DNA of 64,000 nt from an uncultured delta proteobacterium (GTDB lineage: Bacteria > Desulfobacterota > Binatia > UBA9968): positions 192,001 to 256,000 of the forward strand of contig CAVSLC010000005.1 in NCBI GenBank assembly GCA_963728565.1, given 5' to 3'. Shown piece after piece: positions 19,829-29,912 of the stretch. The position numbers were made by a program, and so were the translations under genes. The notes under the pieces are model-generated. The model saw only the letters and a program-made list of their open reading frames with translations. It was not told the DNA's origin and made no database searches. Within the stretch, counting starts at the first letter, position 1. Each line of letters begins with the position of its first letter.

Positions 19829-20567
19829 ATGGTTACGAAGTTAATAGGTATATCTGCGGGCTTGATGTTGAGTGTGGCCGGGGTTTCAGCGGCAGACGAC
19901 GGCATGGCAACAAAATTTACCGTACGGATCGAGAACATCACCAAGCCCGACGCATTTACGGCGTCGAACGGCGAAAAGTGGTCGCTTGCATTCTCGCCCG
20001 GCATGGCAGTGGTGCATACTGAGAAGGCGCCAATTTTTAGCGCCGGGAAAAAGGACCGCAGCCAAGGGCTCGAAGCGCAGTCCGAGGACGGCGACCCAAG
20101 TATGCTCGCCAAGTCGCTTCAGAGTGTCAAAGGAATAAAATCGATCGTGGTTTTTACCACGCCGATTGGCGCGGCCGGCCCAGGCCCGATCACTCCAGGG
20201 GCAGCTTACGAATTCACGTTTTCCGCAATCGCGGGCGATCGACTATCGCTGACGACGATGATGGGCCAGTCCAATGACTGGTTCTACGCTCCGGCGGAAT
20301 CCGGCATCGATCTGTTCGAGAACGGCAGGGGCATCAGCGGAGATATCACGTCGCAAATGGTTCTCTGGGATGCCGGCACGGAAGTCGATCAGGAACCCGG
20401 CATCGGCTCCGACCAAGGACCGCGGCAGAAAGCGCCCAACACCGGCGCCGCCGAGAATGGCGTCGTGCGCAATGCGAAGGATGTGAAATACGGCAGAGCT
20501 TATGCGAAGATGTCTCAGCGTCATGCGCGTCACCATCACGCCGGCGAAAGCGCCAGGCTCTAATTAA
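19829..20567 (+). CDS. Secreted spondin_N-domain protein (likely frameshift near 20510)
   Basis: FSPG...AQSEDGD...MMGQSNDWFYA...LWDAGTEVDQEPG; C-terminal VMRVTITP lies in a shifted frame; ATG after aggagg. Confidence 0.82.
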
Positions 20568-20696
20568 GACGATCGATTATCATGCGAAATGTTTAATTCC
20601 GTCGGCGCGCCTCGGCGCGCCGGCGGATAAAAGCTTCATACGGTTTGCAAGTCGTGCTACGAACCACGGCACCACAGCGCCGATGGGACTCACGCT

Positions 20697-20777
20697 GTTT
20701 AACGCCAAGGCTGAGAAGCGACGGTCCGCGAGCTTTGCGAGCGGGGCCGTACGTCTTTCTCAAGCCGCTGGTTAGGG
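20697..20777 (-). mobile_element. Integron attC site 3
   Basis: Minus strand CCCTAAC...imperfect hairpin...GTTAAAC, just after the antitoxin stop. Confidence 0.8.
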
Positions 20778-20790
20778 GCTGCAAGTCGGT

Positions 20791-20991
20791 TCACGTCAGC
20801 TCTTCGAGAAACTCGACGTCTTTTTTCAGCAATTGATTCACCATCTCGCCAACATCCTTGCCTTTCCTACGGGCAATGCGCTCTAGTTTACTCTGCAGTT
20901 TAGGTTCTAGATAAATCGGTAGCCGCAGTTCGGCGCCTTTCCGATAAAACTTCCCTCGGACGGCTTTCGAAAAATCATATTCTCGTCTCAT
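20791..20991 (-). CDS. BrnA/CopG-like antitoxin
   Basis: MRREYDFSKAVRGKFY; RHH-like C-terminus; downstream of BrnT. Confidence 0.8.
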   Translation of the reverse strand: MRREYDFSKAVRGKFYRKGAELRLPIYLEPKLQSKLERIARRKGKDVGEMVNQLLKKDVEFLEELT

Positions 20992-20994
20992 AGT

Positions 20995-21294
20995 TTATTT
21001 CCTCTGATATTGCTTCGTTTCGTTCTTTGTTGCTTTTCGCGCTGATATCAGGCGTACTCGCGCACTGTTTTCCGCTTCTTCACGATACGTATGGGAAATA
21101 ACCAACAACGCACCAGTCTGATCCAACCCCAAAGTTATCCACCTTTCCTCCTCTTCACTATGTTGCTCATCGAATAATGACAAAGCGTTTGGATCTAAGA
21201 ACACTGTGGCTCCGCGTTCAAATGTAACACGATGTTTTCTTGCATTTTGCCGGGCCTTAGAAGGGTCCCATTCAAAGTGGAATTGAAACGCCAC
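20995..21294 (-). CDS. brnT: BrnT-family toxin
   Basis: FEWDPSKARQNARKHRVTF...EERWITLG...RLISARKAT. Confidence 0.9.
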   Translation of the reverse strand: MAFQFHFEWDPSKARQNARKHRVTFERGATVFLDPNALSLFDEQHSEEEERWITLGLDQTGALLVISHTYREEAENSARVRLISARKATKNETKQYQRK

Positions 21295-21351
21295 GCGGGA
21301 ATTATCTCATAAAACGCGAGAGAAAAGCACGTTGGCAGCAGTCGCGATCAA

Positions 21352-21409
21352 TCCTAACGTGGCGCTCAGGCGGCGCTCTTAACGATCGGTCTGAAGCGCT
21401 TAGTTATGT
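21352..21409 (-). mobile_element. Integron attC site 2
   Basis: Minus strand ACATAAC...cttcagaccgatcgttaagagcgccgcctgagcg...GTTAGGA; the DUF2442 stop lies in the inverse core site. Confidence 0.85.
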
Positions 21410-21721
21410 GGTGGATTCCGTCAGGCTGTGCTTCGCGGAGCCCCATTTCGTTGCTAAAGCCGTGAGCGCAGGTCCTGATTCGGGCCAGTTATGTAGAATC
21501 GCTGGGTCAAAATCTGCACCATTTGGCCAAACAAGCGTGTGAATCTCTGGATCAATACGAACCTGATCAAAAAGTGTGGGCTCTTGCAGAGGACCGTATA
21601 GTTCCCCCTTCAGGACAGGACGGAAATCAATAATTTGAGACGTGCCATCGTCAAACTGCACCCGCAGGGTGAACGGCGCTACTTTCTGGAACGAGGAAAC
21701 CCGATAAATCTCATGACCCAT
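21404..21721 (-). CDS. DUF2442 protein (partner of DUF4160 in a TA-like pair)
   Basis: LRVQFDDG...LFDQVRID...TLVWPNGADFDP. Confidence 0.88.
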   Translation of the reverse strand: MGHEIYRVSSFQKVAPFTLRVQFDDGTSQIIDFRPVLKGELYGPLQEPTLFDQVRIDPEIHTLVWPNGADFDPAILHNWPESGPALTALATKWGSAKHSLTESTT

Positions 21722-21734
21722 ATGGTAGACCCTC

Positions 21735-22004
21735 TCACTTTAACGGTTCAATCTTAATGGGCGGACGACCCTGTTGCAACGTCTGCCAGTTCGACAATAA
21801 CTCTTCCTGATGAAGCTCTGCCCAGGCCAGAACGAGACGCTCCTGCCGTCTCGGAAGGGAACCAGCCAAACGCTCGATCTTGCCGATATCATAGATTCCC
21901 ACATGGTCCTGATAATACGCGTGGAAGTGAGGCATATGATGCTGTCCTCCTGCCTCGACGAACATGCGAATGATAATGCCGAAGAATCTAGAAACCTCTG
22001 GCAT
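21735..22004 (-). CDS. DUF4160 protein (HicA-like TA component)
   Basis: MPEVSRFFGIIIRMF...HMPHFHA...WAELHQEELLSNW. Confidence 0.9.
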   Translation of the reverse strand: MPEVSRFFGIIIRMFVEAGGQHHMPHFHAYYQDHVGIYDIGKIERLAGSLPRRQERLVLAWAELHQEELLSNWQTLQQGRPPIKIEPLK

Positions 22005-22025
22005 TACTTATCCAGTTCATAGACC

Positions 22026-22084
22026 ACATAACGTGAGCGCTCAGCCGGCGCTTTTAGCGACCGGTCTGAAGCGACGGGTTAGGA
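22026..22084 (-). mobile_element. Integron attC site 1
   Basis: Minus strand TCCTAAC...cttcagaccggtcgctaaaagcgccggctgagcg...GTTATGT; similar to attC 2. Confidence 0.85.
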
Positions 22085-22105
22085 GGCTTTCAGAGCCAAC
22101 ATGAA

Positions 22106-22530
22106 TTACGATCCCGGAACTCGCGATGAGTGGTGATCAACGATTAACCATTTTCCGTTACGATTTCGGTAAACAAATGTGAAACGGGCAGGGTTCGCAA
22201 AAGTATAGTAGCCGGTGTTTATGGCCACATCACCATATACCCGAATATGCTGTTCGCCGAGAGTAACTCTCGCTTTTCGGTTTTTGCCGGCATCCTTCGA
22301 AATACTCAGCAACTGCAGCCGGATTTGCAGCGATAGTTTTCGCCGACGTTCCCCAAAACACTGCTTCGGGGTCATACAGCGAGGTGATACGCGCAGGATC
22401 ACGGCGATCATACGCCCAACCCACGCGGAAGTCGCCTCGGCCACTGTTGCGCAGTGTCAGTGCGATCCGCAGTTATAGTCCCACATGCCGCAACCAAAGC
22501 GACAAGAAAAAGCGTAATCAGATTTCGCAT
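22106..22530 (-). pseudogene. SnoaL/NTF2-like (DUF4440-type) lipoprotein cassette, frameshifted
   Basis: Lipobox LVAAC; pieces RITSLYDPEAVFWGT...EYF and RVYGDVAINTGYYTF...ARFTFVY...WLIVDHHSS are in different frames. Confidence 0.7.
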
Positions 22531-22543
22531 ACTGTTAATAATC

Positions 22544-22680
22544 CTCTAACCATTGAGTATACTGACCAGTATATTACCGACTCCGAAAATCATAGCGCAG
22601 CAAAATTGAGCTTTTCAATCACGCCGTTATCAACTGTTTTCTAGTAACGGTCATTCAATATACCAGGTCAGTATATTACG
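22544..22680 (-). mobile_element. Candidate attI and Pc promoter
   Basis: Core GTTAGAG at 22550-22544; TTGAAA-N18-TATGAT (22618-22589); two related TAATATACTG boxes. Confidence 0.55.
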
Positions 22681-22714
22681 AATATACCTGCATAGACCGC
22701 CCTTGCTCACAATG

Positions 22715-23038
22715 CGTCTGCAGGACTCCGAACTCCCTTCCACCTCGATTTAACACGTGCGTGTAAACCATAGGGTAGCACATCATTGTGGCCCAAAAGT
22801 TCCTGGAAGTCCGAATGTCGTATCCATTCTCTAGCAAGTGCGTAGCAAATGAATGGCGCAAACTGTGCGGACCGGCGGGCTTGAACACGCCGGCTTTAAG
22901 CCGAGCTTCTTTAAACGCCCGTTGCAAAACGGTCTCATGGAGATGATGCCGGCGGTTTTCTCCTGTCGATCTGTCAAGTAATGACTTGTGGCGGGGAACA
23001 CCCGCTGCCATCCCCATTCTTGGCCGGCGTTCGGAATT
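22715..23038 (-). pseudogene. intI: Integron integrase C-terminal remnant
   Basis: IntI-specific [10 protein letters not shown]...[12 protein letters not shown]; [34 protein letters not shown]; 5'-truncated with several frameshifts. Confidence 0.88.
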
Positions 23039-23179
23039 TGTGGTCGAGGGCCATTCGGTAAAGATACTCCGCCTGATCCTTTTGCATCACCGTTAAAGCG
23101 GTTGAACTCCAGCAGCCAAGCTGTTTCTCACCGCGAGAGAGTATCCCGCTCTAAACACGATTCAGGGTTTGCGAAGTCT

Positions 23180-23208
23180 GCATCGTTTCACTCCTTGGCG
23201 ACATCTAA
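23180..23208 (+). promoter_or_regulatory. Putative ECF promoter copy 5
   Basis: GCATCG-N16-CATCTAA upstream of 23261. Confidence 0.75.
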
Positions 23209-23260
23209 CCCACAGAATTTCCCCAGTCATAGTCACAAACAAAATTAACGGAGGATTATC

Positions 23261-23767
23261 ATGAGTAAACGTAATCTTATTATCGGGGTCGCTGGCGTCG
23301 CACTGGCAATCGCTTGGTACGCGTTCCGGCCCGAGTTGCTCTTCATCAACAAAACCGTCAACGAGGAGCTGCCGGTTGCTCAGGCAGGCTCAGTATCGAT
23401 GGCCAAAGAAACAGAGACCATGGTTTTGGCGAAGGGCGATTTTCGCGGGCTGGCGCACGAGACCAAAGGCGAAGCGACGGTTCATCGATTGGCGGACGGC
23501 AAGCGCATACTGCGGCTGAGCGATTTTGAGACTTCCAACGGTCCGGATGTCCATGTCTATCTGGTTGCCGCCGAAGTGGCCAAGGACAATGCGACTGTCA
23601 AGCAAGCCGGCTTCATCGATTTGGGTTCACTCAAAGGCAACAAGGGCGATCAGAACTATGATGTGCCGGCGGATGCCGATCTCAACAAGTACAAGTCGGT
23701 GAGCATCTGGTGCGCGCGTTTCGGGGTTAACTTTGGCGCCGCTACTCTTGGTTCACAGAGCAGCTAG
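23261..23767 (+). CDS. DM13-domain protein, membrane anchored
   Basis: HETKG...NGPDVHVYL...LGSLKGNKGDQNY...VSIWCARF. Confidence 0.92.
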   Translation: MSKRNLIIGVAGVALAIAWYAFRPELLFINKTVNEELPVAQAGSVSMAKETETMVLAKGDFRGLAHETKGEATVHRLADGKRILRLSDFETSNGPDVHVYLVAAEVAKDNATVKQAGFIDLGSLKGNKGDQNYDVPADADLNKYKSVSIWCARFGVNFGAATLGSQSS

Positions 23768-23842
23768 AGGACCGCTATTCCTTGTCGGCTGCTTTCCCTG
23801 CGGGGGAAGCAGCCGGTTTGAGAAAGTACGAAAGGATTCGAG

Positions 23843-25156
23843 ATGGCCAGGGGCAGAAAACAGATTGTGATCCTCGGCGGCGGCTTCGGCGGTCTCTACA
23901 CCGCCCGAGAACTGGAAAAAAAGCTCGGCGCGGATCCGGATGTCGAGATAACGCTGGTGAACCGCGACAATTTCTTTCTCTTTACTCCGATGTTGCATGA
24001 AGTAGCCGCCAGCGACCTCGACCCTGCCGACATCCTGAATCCGATCCGCAAGCTTTTGAAGCAATCTCGTTTCTTCGTCGGCAATGTCGAGGCGATCGAC
24101 CTCGACTCCAAGAAAGTCAAAGTCTCTCATGGAGAGGGCCAACATCCGCATGAGCTGGCGTACGATCAACTGGTGATCGCGCTGGGCTCGGTCAGCAATT
24201 TCTTCACTCTCCCTGGAGTTGAAGAGCGCGCGCTGCCCATGAAGTCACTCAATGATGCAGTGACCTTGCGCAGCCGGCTTATCGAGCAGTTGGACGAAGC
24301 CGATTTTGAATGTTGTCCGGCGATGCGAGCTTCGTTGATGACCATCGTTGTAGCCGGCGGCGGTTTTGCCGGCGTTGAGACGGTTGCGGCAGTAAATGAT
24401 TTTTTACGCGAAGCCTTGAAGTATTACCCGAACCTCAGCGAAGAAATGATTCGCGTCGTGCTGGTTGAACACGGGCCTGCGGTCTTGCCGGAGCTCGACG
24501 GCAGCTTGGGTGCATATGCGGCGGAGAAGCTTTCCCGGCGCGGAGTTGAGATACGGCTTCAAACCGCCGTGACTTCCATGTCGGAGCGCGCTGTAACCCT
24601 GAGCGACGGCACGTCTATCCACACCCGGACTCTCGTCTGGACGGCGGGCACTGCGCCGAATCCTTTGCTGGCGGCGCTTGCCTGCTCAAAGGAGAAGGGC
24701 AAGTTGATCGTCGACGAGAATCTTGAAATTCCCGGCCGGCCGGGCGTCTGGGCGCTGGGCGACTGCGCCGCGATTCGCGATCGCCAGTCCGGCAGGCTTT
24801 ATCCGCCGACAGCGCAGCACGCCTTGCGCCAGGGAAAAGTTGTCGCACACAATGTCATCGCCGCGATTCGTGGGACGGCAAAACAACCCTTCGTTTTCTC
24901 CACCATCGGCCAACTCGCTGCCATCGGCAGGCGAACCGGTGTCGCCAACATCTTGGGTGTCAACTTCTCCGGCTTCATCGCCTGGTGGATGTGGCGAACC
25001 ATTTACCTGAGCAAGCTGCCGCGCCTTGAGAAGAAAGTGCGAGTGGCGCTGGGCTGGTCACTCGATCTGTTTTTTTCGAAGGATCTCGTACAGCTCAAAA
25101 CCAACGACGCGACGGTTTGCCGCGGCGCTGCGGTTAAACAACAATCCGCTGCCTGA
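23843..25156 (+). CDS. Type II NADH dehydrogenase-like flavoprotein
   Basis: GGGFGG, FTPMLHEVA, GGGFAGVE, WALGDCA, PTAQHA. Confidence 0.9.
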   Translation: MARGRKQIVILGGGFGGLYTARELEKKLGADPDVEITLVNRDNFFLFTPMLHEVAASDLDPADILNPIRKLLKQSRFFVGNVEAIDLDSKKVKVSHGEGQHPHELAYDQLVIALGSVSNFFTLPGVEERALPMKSLNDAVTLRSRLIEQLDEADFECCPAMRASLMTIVVAGGGFAGVETVAAVNDFLREALKYYPNLSEEMIRVVLVEHGPAVLPELDGSLGAYAAEKLSRRGVEIRLQTAVTSMSERAVTLSDGTSIHTRTLVWTAGTAPNPLLAALACSKEKGKLIVDENLEIPGRPGVWALGDCAAIRDRQSGRLYPPTAQHALRQGKVVAHNVIAAIRGTAKQPFVFSTIGQLAAIGRRTGVANILGVNFSGFIAWWMWRTIYLSKLPRLEKKVRVALGWSLDLFFSKDLVQLKTNDATVCRGAAVKQQSAA

Positions 25157-25171
25157 GAAAGGAATAAGAAT

Positions 25172-26743
25172 ATGCCCAGCCAAGACCATTACGATGTTGT
25201 CATTATCGGCACCGGCGCAGGCGGCGGCACGCTGGCGCATAAACTCGCGCCCAGCGGCAAGCGCATTCTGCTCCTGGAACGGGGCGGGTATGTGCCGCGC
25301 GAGAAAGACAACTGGAATCCGCGCGCCGTCAACCTCGAAGGAAAATATCAGACCAAAGAGATGTGGCATGACAAAGACGGCCACGAACTTCATCCGCACA
25401 CCAACTATTACGTCGGCGGCAACACCAAATTCTACGGCGCGGCGCTGTTCCGCCTGCGCAAAGAAGATTTTGGTGAAATCCGCCATCACGGCGGCCTCTC
25501 TCCGGCATGGCCCATTGTTTACGATGACATGGAGCCCTACTACACCGAGGCGGAACAGCTTTATCACGTACACGGCAACCGCGGCGAAGATCCGGCCGAG
25601 CCGCCTGCGAGTGCGCCTTATCCGCATCCGGCGGTCAGCCATGAATCGCGCATTCAACAATTATCCGATGATTTCGCGCAGCTCGGCCTGCGCCCGTTTC
25701 ACACGCCACTTGGCGTGATGCTCGACGAAAAGGATTCGCATGCGAGCCGCTGCATTCGCTGCAATAGCTGTGACGGATTTCCTTGCCTGGTTGGTGCCAA
25801 ATCCGACGCGCAGATTTGCGCCGTCGATCCGGCGCTCCAACATGCCAACGTGACTCTCAGAACCGACGCTTACGTCGAACGGCTCCAAACCAGCCCGTCG
25901 GGCCGCGAGATCAGCAAGGTAATGATCAAGAGCAACGGCGTTCGCGAGGAAATTTCGGCAGATATCGTGGTCTCGTCTTGCGGCGCGATCAACTCGGCGG
26001 CTTTGCTGCTCCGTTCCGCCAATGAGCGGCATCCGAACGGGCTAGCCAATGGTTCCGACGTCGTCGGCCGCCATTACATGGGGCACGTCAACTCGGTCCT
26101 GATGGCTCTATCGAAATGTCCCAACCCGACGATTTTTCAAAAATCGCTTTCGGTGAATGATTTCTATTTCGGCACGGCCGGCTGGAATTACCCGATGGGC
26201 CATATTTCGTTTGTCGGCAAGCTCGATGGCGAGACTCTGAAGGGGGGCGCGCCGGCGCTCACGCCCGGCTGGACTCTTGACATGATGGCGCGCCATTCGC
26301 TCGACTTTTGGCTCACGTCGGAGGATCTGCCCGATCCGGACAATCGGGTCACCGTCGATTCCTCCGGCGGTATTGTTCTCAGTTATAAACCTAACAACGA
26401 AGAAGGTCACAAGCGGCTCATCGTCAAGCTGAAGGAACTCATGCAACAGCAGACCGCGTGCAAGATCCATGGCCGCGAATGCCATCAGGGACTGTTCGGC
26501 CGCAACCTCTACGTCGGTCAGCGCATTCCCCTGGCAGGTGTGGCGCATCAGGTAGGAACGGTTCGCTTCGGCAACGATCCAAGAACCAGCGCGCTGGACG
26601 CCAATTGCAAAGCGCACGATGTCGATAATCTTTATGTCGTCGACGGCAGCTTTTTCTGCTCGAGCGGCGCGGTGAATCCGGCTCTCACCATCATGGCCAA
26701 TGCCCTGAGAGTGGGGGAGCATCTGATTGAAAGGATGAAGTAG
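25172..26743 (+). CDS. GMC-family oxidoreductase
   Basis: GTGAGG, VGGNTKFYG, C-x2-C-x2-C, HQVGT, NPALT. Confidence 0.92.
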   Translation: MPSQDHYDVVIIGTGAGGGTLAHKLAPSGKRILLLERGGYVPREKDNWNPRAVNLEGKYQTKEMWHDKDGHELHPHTNYYVGGNTKFYGAALFRLRKEDFGEIRHHGGLSPAWPIVYDDMEPYYTEAEQLYHVHGNRGEDPAEPPASAPYPHPAVSHESRIQQLSDDFAQLGLRPFHTPLGVMLDEKDSHASRCIRCNSCDGFPCLVGAKSDAQICAVDPALQHANVTLRTDAYVERLQTSPSGREISKVMIKSNGVREEISADIVVSSCGAINSAALLLRSANERHPNGLANGSDVVGRHYMGHVNSVLMALSKCPNPTIFQKSLSVNDFYFGTAGWNYPMGHISFVGKLDGETLKGGAPALTPGWTLDMMARHSLDFWLTSEDLPDPDNRVTVDSSGGIVLSYKPNNEEGHKRLIVKLKELMQQQTACKIHGRECHQGLFGRNLYVGQRIPLAGVAHQVGTVRFGNDPRTSALDANCKAHDVDNLYVVDGSFFCSSGAVNPALTIMANALRVGEHLIERMK

Positions 26744-26754
26744 GACACAGCAAA

Positions 26755-27795
26755 ATGGAAAAACTGCTGCGGCGAAAGAAAACATGCGATCGAGCGCTCG
26801 TGTTCATGGCCTTCTTGGTGCTCGGGCTTTACGGATCTTTGGCGCCGGCATCGGCGCAGCTCGTCAAGTCGGTCGACGCGGCGGGAATCACCGTCTCCGA
26901 CATTGACCGGTCGGTAGAATTTTTTTCCAAAGTGCTCTCGTTTGAAAAAGTCTCGGACGTCGAAGTCGCAGGCAGCGAGTACGAGCGGCTTCAGGGAGTT
27001 TTCGGCGCACGGATGAGGATTGCGCGCATGAGGCTCGGCGAAGAATTCATCGATCTCACCGAATATCTCACACCCAGAGGCCGGCCGATCCCGGTGGACT
27101 CGCGCAGCAACGATCAATGGTTCCAGCACATCGCAATCGTCGTAAGCGACATGGACAAAGCCTATCAACAGTTGCGCGCGCATAAAGTGCGGCATACCTC
27201 TACCGGTCCGCAGCGGATTCCCGACTGGAACAAGGCCGCGGCCGGAATCAAGGCTTTTTACTTCAAGGATCCCGACGGTCACAATCTCGAGTTGATTTAC
27301 TTTCCATCCGGCAAAGGCAATCCAAAATGGCAGCAAGCAAACGGGCGTCTTTTTATGGGTATCGACCATACCGCAATTGCAGTCTCGGATACGGCCCGGA
27401 GCTTAGATTTTTACCGCGATGTTCTGGGTCTGAAGCTTGCCGGTGAAAGCGAAAACTACGGCACCGAGCAGGAGCATCTAAACCACGTCTTCGGATCACG
27501 GGTGCGTATCAGCGGACTCAAAGCGCCGTCCGGTTTCGGCATCGAGTTCCTCGACTACTTGACGCCGCGCGATGGCCGGCCGATGCCGCCCGACACGCGC
27601 GCCAATGACCTCTGGCATTGGCAGACAGCAATAAGGGTGGGCCGCGCCGACGCGGCCGCCGACAAGTTAAAAAGCGCGCGGGTGCGCTTTGTCTCCCCCG
27701 GCGTGACGACACTCCCGGACCGAGCCCTGGGCATCGCCAAAGGATTTATCGTGCGTGATCCTGATGGCCACGGGCTTCAGTTGATCGAGAGATAA
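26755..27795 (+). CDS. Secreted tandem VOC/glyoxalase-domain protein
   Basis: Repeated VOC motifs (QHIAIVV, DPDGHNLEL, DHTAIAV, DPDGHGLQL); signal peptide. Confidence 0.85.
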   Translation: MEKLLRRKKTCDRALVFMAFLVLGLYGSLAPASAQLVKSVDAAGITVSDIDRSVEFFSKVLSFEKVSDVEVAGSEYERLQGVFGARMRIARMRLGEEFIDLTEYLTPRGRPIPVDSRSNDQWFQHIAIVVSDMDKAYQQLRAHKVRHTSTGPQRIPDWNKAAAGIKAFYFKDPDGHNLELIYFPSGKGNPKWQQANGRLFMGIDHTAIAVSDTARSLDFYRDVLGLKLAGESENYGTEQEHLNHVFGSRVRISGLKAPSGFGIEFLDYLTPRDGRPMPPDTRANDLWHWQTAIRVGRADAAADKLKSARVRFVSPGVTTLPDRALGIAKGFIVRDPDGHGLQLIER

Positions 27796-27810
27796 TCCGG
27801 CAGAGAGTTT

Positions 27811-29809
27811 ATGATGAACGATCTGGTCAAGATGAAAGACGACGAATGGCTCGAAACCGACGGGCTTGGCGGCTTCGCCTCCGGCACTGTGGCCGGCATC
27901 AGAACGCGGCGCTACCACGCGCTTCTCCTCACCGCAACCAACCCGCCCTCGGGCCGAGTCGTTCTCATCAACGGCTTCGATGCCTCGGTGGAAACGGCAG
28001 GCGGATGTTTTTCACTCTCCTCCCAGTTATATAACCCGGACGTGGTGCACCCGGACGGCGCCGCAAGAATAGAGCAATTCAAAGCCGATCCCTGGCCGCG
28101 GTGGATCTACCGGTTGGAAGACGGGAGCAAGATTCAGTTTGAGATTTTCGCCTGCAACGGCGCTTCCGTGACGGTGCTCGTGTGGCGTCTGCTTGCGGCA
28201 ACGAAGAAAGCCATTCTTTCATTGCGGCTTTTTTTCTCCGGACGGGACTATCATTCCATGCATCGCGAGAACGGCGCTTTTCACTTTGAGCCTCAGCTAC
28301 AGGGAAAACGCCTCATCTGGCATCCCTACTCGGGCCTGCCGGGAATCATCGCTCTTGCCAACGGCGAATATCACCACCAGCCCGCCTGGTACCGTAATTT
28401 TCTCTACGAACAGGAACGTGCACGCGGGCTCGATTTTATCGAGGATCTCGCCGCGCCTGGATTGTTCCGTTACGATCTCGCGCGCGCACAGGCGGTCTGC
28501 ATCCTTGCTGCCGAGGGATTTGAAAATGAGTTGCTGGTGCCGGACGATTCCGCGGAAGAACTGGCGGCGGATCTGCGTGGGTCAGAGCTTCGCCGCCGGC
28601 AAAAATTTTCTTTACCTCTGGAACGCTCCGCGGACGCTTACCTGGTCAAGCGCGGCGGCGGCAAAACAATTGTCGCGGGCTACCCTTGGTTCACCGATTG
28701 GGGCCGCGATACGTTCATAGCGCTTCGTGGCTTGTGCCTTGCCAACCAGCGATTCGATGAGGCCCGCGATATTCTTTTTGAATGGGCCGGCGTGGTCTCC
28801 GAAGGGATGCTGCCAAATCGATTCCCCGATCGGAGCGATCAACCTGAGTACAACTCAGTCGACGCCTCTCTCTGGTACATCATCGCAGTCCACGATTTTC
28901 TCGACGCGATGAAGACGCGCGGCGCCAACGTCTCCGATTCGGATAGAAACGCGCTGCGCCAAGCGGTCGAAGCTATCCTTGCCGGCTACTCGCAGGGCAC
29001 GCGCTTTGGAATTCACATGGATCAGGATGGTCTTCTCGCCGCCGGTGTCCCCGGTGTGCAGCTTACCTGGATGGACTCGAAGATCGGCGACTGGGTAGTC
29101 ACGCCACGAATTGGAAAACCCGTCGAGATCCAGGCGCTGTGGTTAAACGCCCTGTGGATCGGCAGCCAATTCTCGGAGAGCTGGAAGGAATTCTTTATCC
29201 GGGGTCAAAAAAGTTTCTCTACCCGCTTCTGGAACGAACGGGGCGGTTATCTCTACGACGTCATCGACGTCGATCATCAACCCGGCAAAGTCGATGCGCT
29301 GTTCCGGCCGAACCAGATTTTCGCCATCGGCGGGCTGCCGATTTCGCTCATCACAGGAGAACGCGCCGAAACAATTCTTGAGGCCGTGATTCAACGGCTA
29401 TGGACTCCGCTCGGTCTTCGATCTCTCGCCCCCGGAGAGCCCGGCTACGCGTCGCGGTACGAAGGCGGCGTGCGAGATGCGCGACAGCGTTTACCATCAA
29501 GGCACGGTATGGCCCTGGCTCCTCGGTCCGTTTGTCGAGGCCTGGGTGCGCGTTCATGGCGAGAGCGACGACGCTAAGCGCGAAGCTCGAACGCGCTTCC
29601 TGGTGCCGATAATGGAGCACCTAAACAGCGCGGGCCTCGATCATGTCTCCGAAATCACCGACGCCGATGCGCCGCACATACCGCGCGGGTGCCCATTTCA
29701 AGCTTGGTCTGTGGCGGAGCTGATTCGCCTGGACCGGCTGGTTCTGAGACTCGCTGAAAAACAAGAAATCTCCGCATCCTCTCGGGCTCGAGCGGCATCT
29801 AACAGGTAG
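27811..29809 (+). CDS. Amylo-alpha-1,6-glucosidase (glycogen debranching; frameshift near 29477)
   Basis: [34 protein letters not shown] + [10 protein letters not shown]...GCPFQAWS. Confidence 0.9.
29774..29802 (+). promoter_or_regulatory. Putative ECF promoter copy 6
   Basis: GCATCC-N16-CATCTAA in the 3' end of the debranching gene, upstream of 29913. Confidence 0.75.
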
Positions 29810-29912
29810 GCATCGCTGCGGCAGGACGATCCGGTACTTCGATTCTTCATACAGAAGCGAGACGATCAACCGGTTTTCATCTACCGGTAATTACCGCGTT
29901 AGGAGAAGCATC

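Noticed and set aside
20599-20626. GC-rich hairpin as an intrinsic terminator
   Set aside because: No U-tract follows on either strand.
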